Source: an uncultured delta proteobacterium (lineage in GTDB: Bacteria; Desulfobacterota; Desulfobacteria; Desulfobacterales; B30-G6). From it: a stretch of DNA of 64,000 bases. A program made the translations under genes and the position numbers. A model generated the notes under the pieces. That model did no database searches. It worked only from the letters and a program-made list of their open reading frames with translations, and was not told where the DNA came from. Where the stretch lies: the NCBI GenBank assembly GCA_963823335.1, contig CAWGLD010000007.1, positions 128,001 through 192,000 on the forward strand, written 5' to 3'. Positions 62,604-64,000 of this stretch are shown here, piece by piece. How positions within the stretch are numbered: position 1 is the first letter of the stretch; each line of letters opens with the position of its first letter.

Positions 62604-63512
62604 TTACTCAAACCCTCCAACCCTCCTTCTCATACACACCACCCGGTCATTTCCGGCGTAATCCTTTCGAACGGATACGGCCTCGTAATGCCCATCAGCG
62701 CCGGCTATTGCCGTCACAGTGTCTTTCTGGTTGTATCCGATCTCCATTATCAGGTGGCCGCCCGGTTTCAGGCATGGCCACACATTTTGAACAAGATATC
62801 GCAGACACACCAGACCATCGGCACCCGCATCGAGGGCCGACAAGGGTTCGTAACGATAAATTTCGGCCTGCAGATTCGGAATATCGCCACTTGGGACATA
62901 GGGCGGATTCGACACGATCAGATCAAATGGTTTGGCCGATGTCCGCAACGGGCCCAGCCAGTCCCCCGTAAAAAAATGAACATCGGTCAATCCATTTTCT
63001 GCGGCATTGGCTTTGGCAAGAACGGTTGCCTTTTCCGAAATATCGGAAGCAAAATATAGGGGGCCTTGACACTGGGAAGCGATGGAAAGAACAATAGCAC
63101 CGGAGCCGGTTCCCAGGTCGAGAACACGATAAGGCGGATCAGGGCTTTCTTGATCCAGGATAGCCAGAGCTGTTTCCACCAGACACTCGGTATCGGGTCT
63201 GGGAATCAGGACATCCTGCGTTACCGCCAAAGACAGTGACCAGAACTCCTTGTTGCCCACAATGTAAGCTACGGGTTCCCTCTTTCGCCGGCGTTGAGCC
63301 AGTTGTTTGAATGCTGAGAGTTCATCCTTGTTCAGGGGGCGATCATATTGCAAATAGAGATCAATCCGTTGCAGCTGAAGTGCATGAGACAACAATATTT
63401 CAGCGGTTGCTCTGGGGCTGTCGATATGGTGTGATTTAAAATAGGATGCCGCCCAATTGATTAGCTTAAGAATGGTCCAAGGGTTGTTCCTGTCTGTCGC
63501 CTGAGTGTTCAT
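62604..63512 (-). CDS. prmC: Release factor glutamine methyltransferase
   Basis: [26 protein letters not shown]; the stop lies inside a family R arm (62578-62625). Confidence 0.96.
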   Translation of the reverse strand: MNTQATDRNNPWTILKLINWAASYFKSHHIDSPRATAEILLSHALQLQRIDLYLQYDRPLNKDELSAFKQLAQRRRKREPVAYIVGNKEFWSLSLAVTQDVLIPRPDTECLVETALAILDQESPDPPYRVLDLGTGSGAIVLSIASQCQGPLYFASDISEKATVLAKANAAENGLTDVHFFTGDWLGPLRTSAKPFDLIVSNPPYVPSGDIPNLQAEIYRYEPLSALDAGADGLVCLRYLVQNVWPCLKPGGHLIMEIGYNQKDTVTAIAGADGHYEAVSVRKDYAGNDRVVCMRRRVGGFE

Positions 63513-64000
63513 TCTTCAATGCCTGGGCCTGGTAATAGGTTGTCAGTTCATCCACGATTTCGTCGATATCGCCCTGCAGGATGCTTTCCAGTCTGTAGAG
63601 GGTAAGACCAATGCGATGATCCGTTACCCTTCCCTGGGGAAAGTTGTAGGTTCGGATCCGTTCGCTTCGGTCACCACTGCCCACCTGGCTCTTGCGCTCT
63701 TGGGACCGTTTTTCGTCCTGTTCCCGTATCTTGGCATCGAGCAGGCGAGCACTCAGAACCTTCATGGCTTTGGCTTTGTTTTTGTGCTGCGACTTCTCGT
63801 CCTGGCAGGTTACAACGACACCGGTGGGAAGATGGGTGAGGCGCACGGCCGAGTCCGTTGTGTTGACGGACTGCCCTCCTGGACCGGTTGATCGGAAAAC
63901 ATCGACCTTGATATCGTTCGGATCGATGTCGATATCCACCTCTTCCGCCTCAGGCAAAACAGCCACGGTAACGGCGGATGTATGGATGCGGCCCTGGGTC
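63466..64000 (-). CDS. prfA: Peptide chain release factor 1 (3' part; runs off the window)
   Basis: [29 protein letters not shown]; precedes prmC. Confidence 0.95.
   Translation of the reverse strand, partial: TQGRIHTSAVTVAVLPEAEEVDIDIDPNDIKVDVFRSTGPGGQSVNTTDSAVRLTHLPTGVVVTCQDEKSQHKNKAKAMKVLSARLLDAKIREQDEKRSQERKSQVGSGDRSERIRTYNFPQGRVTDHRIGLTLYRLESILQGDIDEIVDELTTYYQAQALKNEHSGDRQEQPLDHS

Overview
A 64-kb chromosomal window of mostly housekeeping genes. The gene set and protein style suggest a deltaproteobacterial (Desulfobacterota-like) organism; this is inference. It carries an acetyl-CoA ligase/GNAT fusion, rplM-rpsI, ruvCAB, tol-pal, sdh/frdCAB, mscS, a three-gene CsgG/FlgT-like lipoprotein cluster, dnaX-ybaB-recR, two tRNA-Ser genes, hflKC, an unlisted 32-aa bS22-like gene, groESL, a type IV minor-pilin cluster whose pilY1 is split by a +1 frameshift, purL/purQ, and prfA-prmC-rpsB-tsf-pyrH-frr-uppS-cdsA-dxr-rseP. 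No transposase, integrase, reverse transcriptase or cas gene was recognised. The interesting signal is intergenic, where at least eight short repeat families occur, often nested. (1) Five sequence-diverged long hairpins all end on the TA of a stop codon, all in the same orientation, and carry a CAAGGC/AAC(A/G)C motif pair about 36-37 nt from the ends. (2) A G-quadruplex-type repeat follows stop codons, forms a 4x103-bp array in the ruv operon, and brackets an Avd/IVS-like four-helix-bundle gene as inverted arms. (3) A 99-bp TA-duplicating MITE and IS200/IS605-like mini-elements are present, and their empty target sites can be rebuilt from nested insertions. All product calls come from motif recognition, not database searches.
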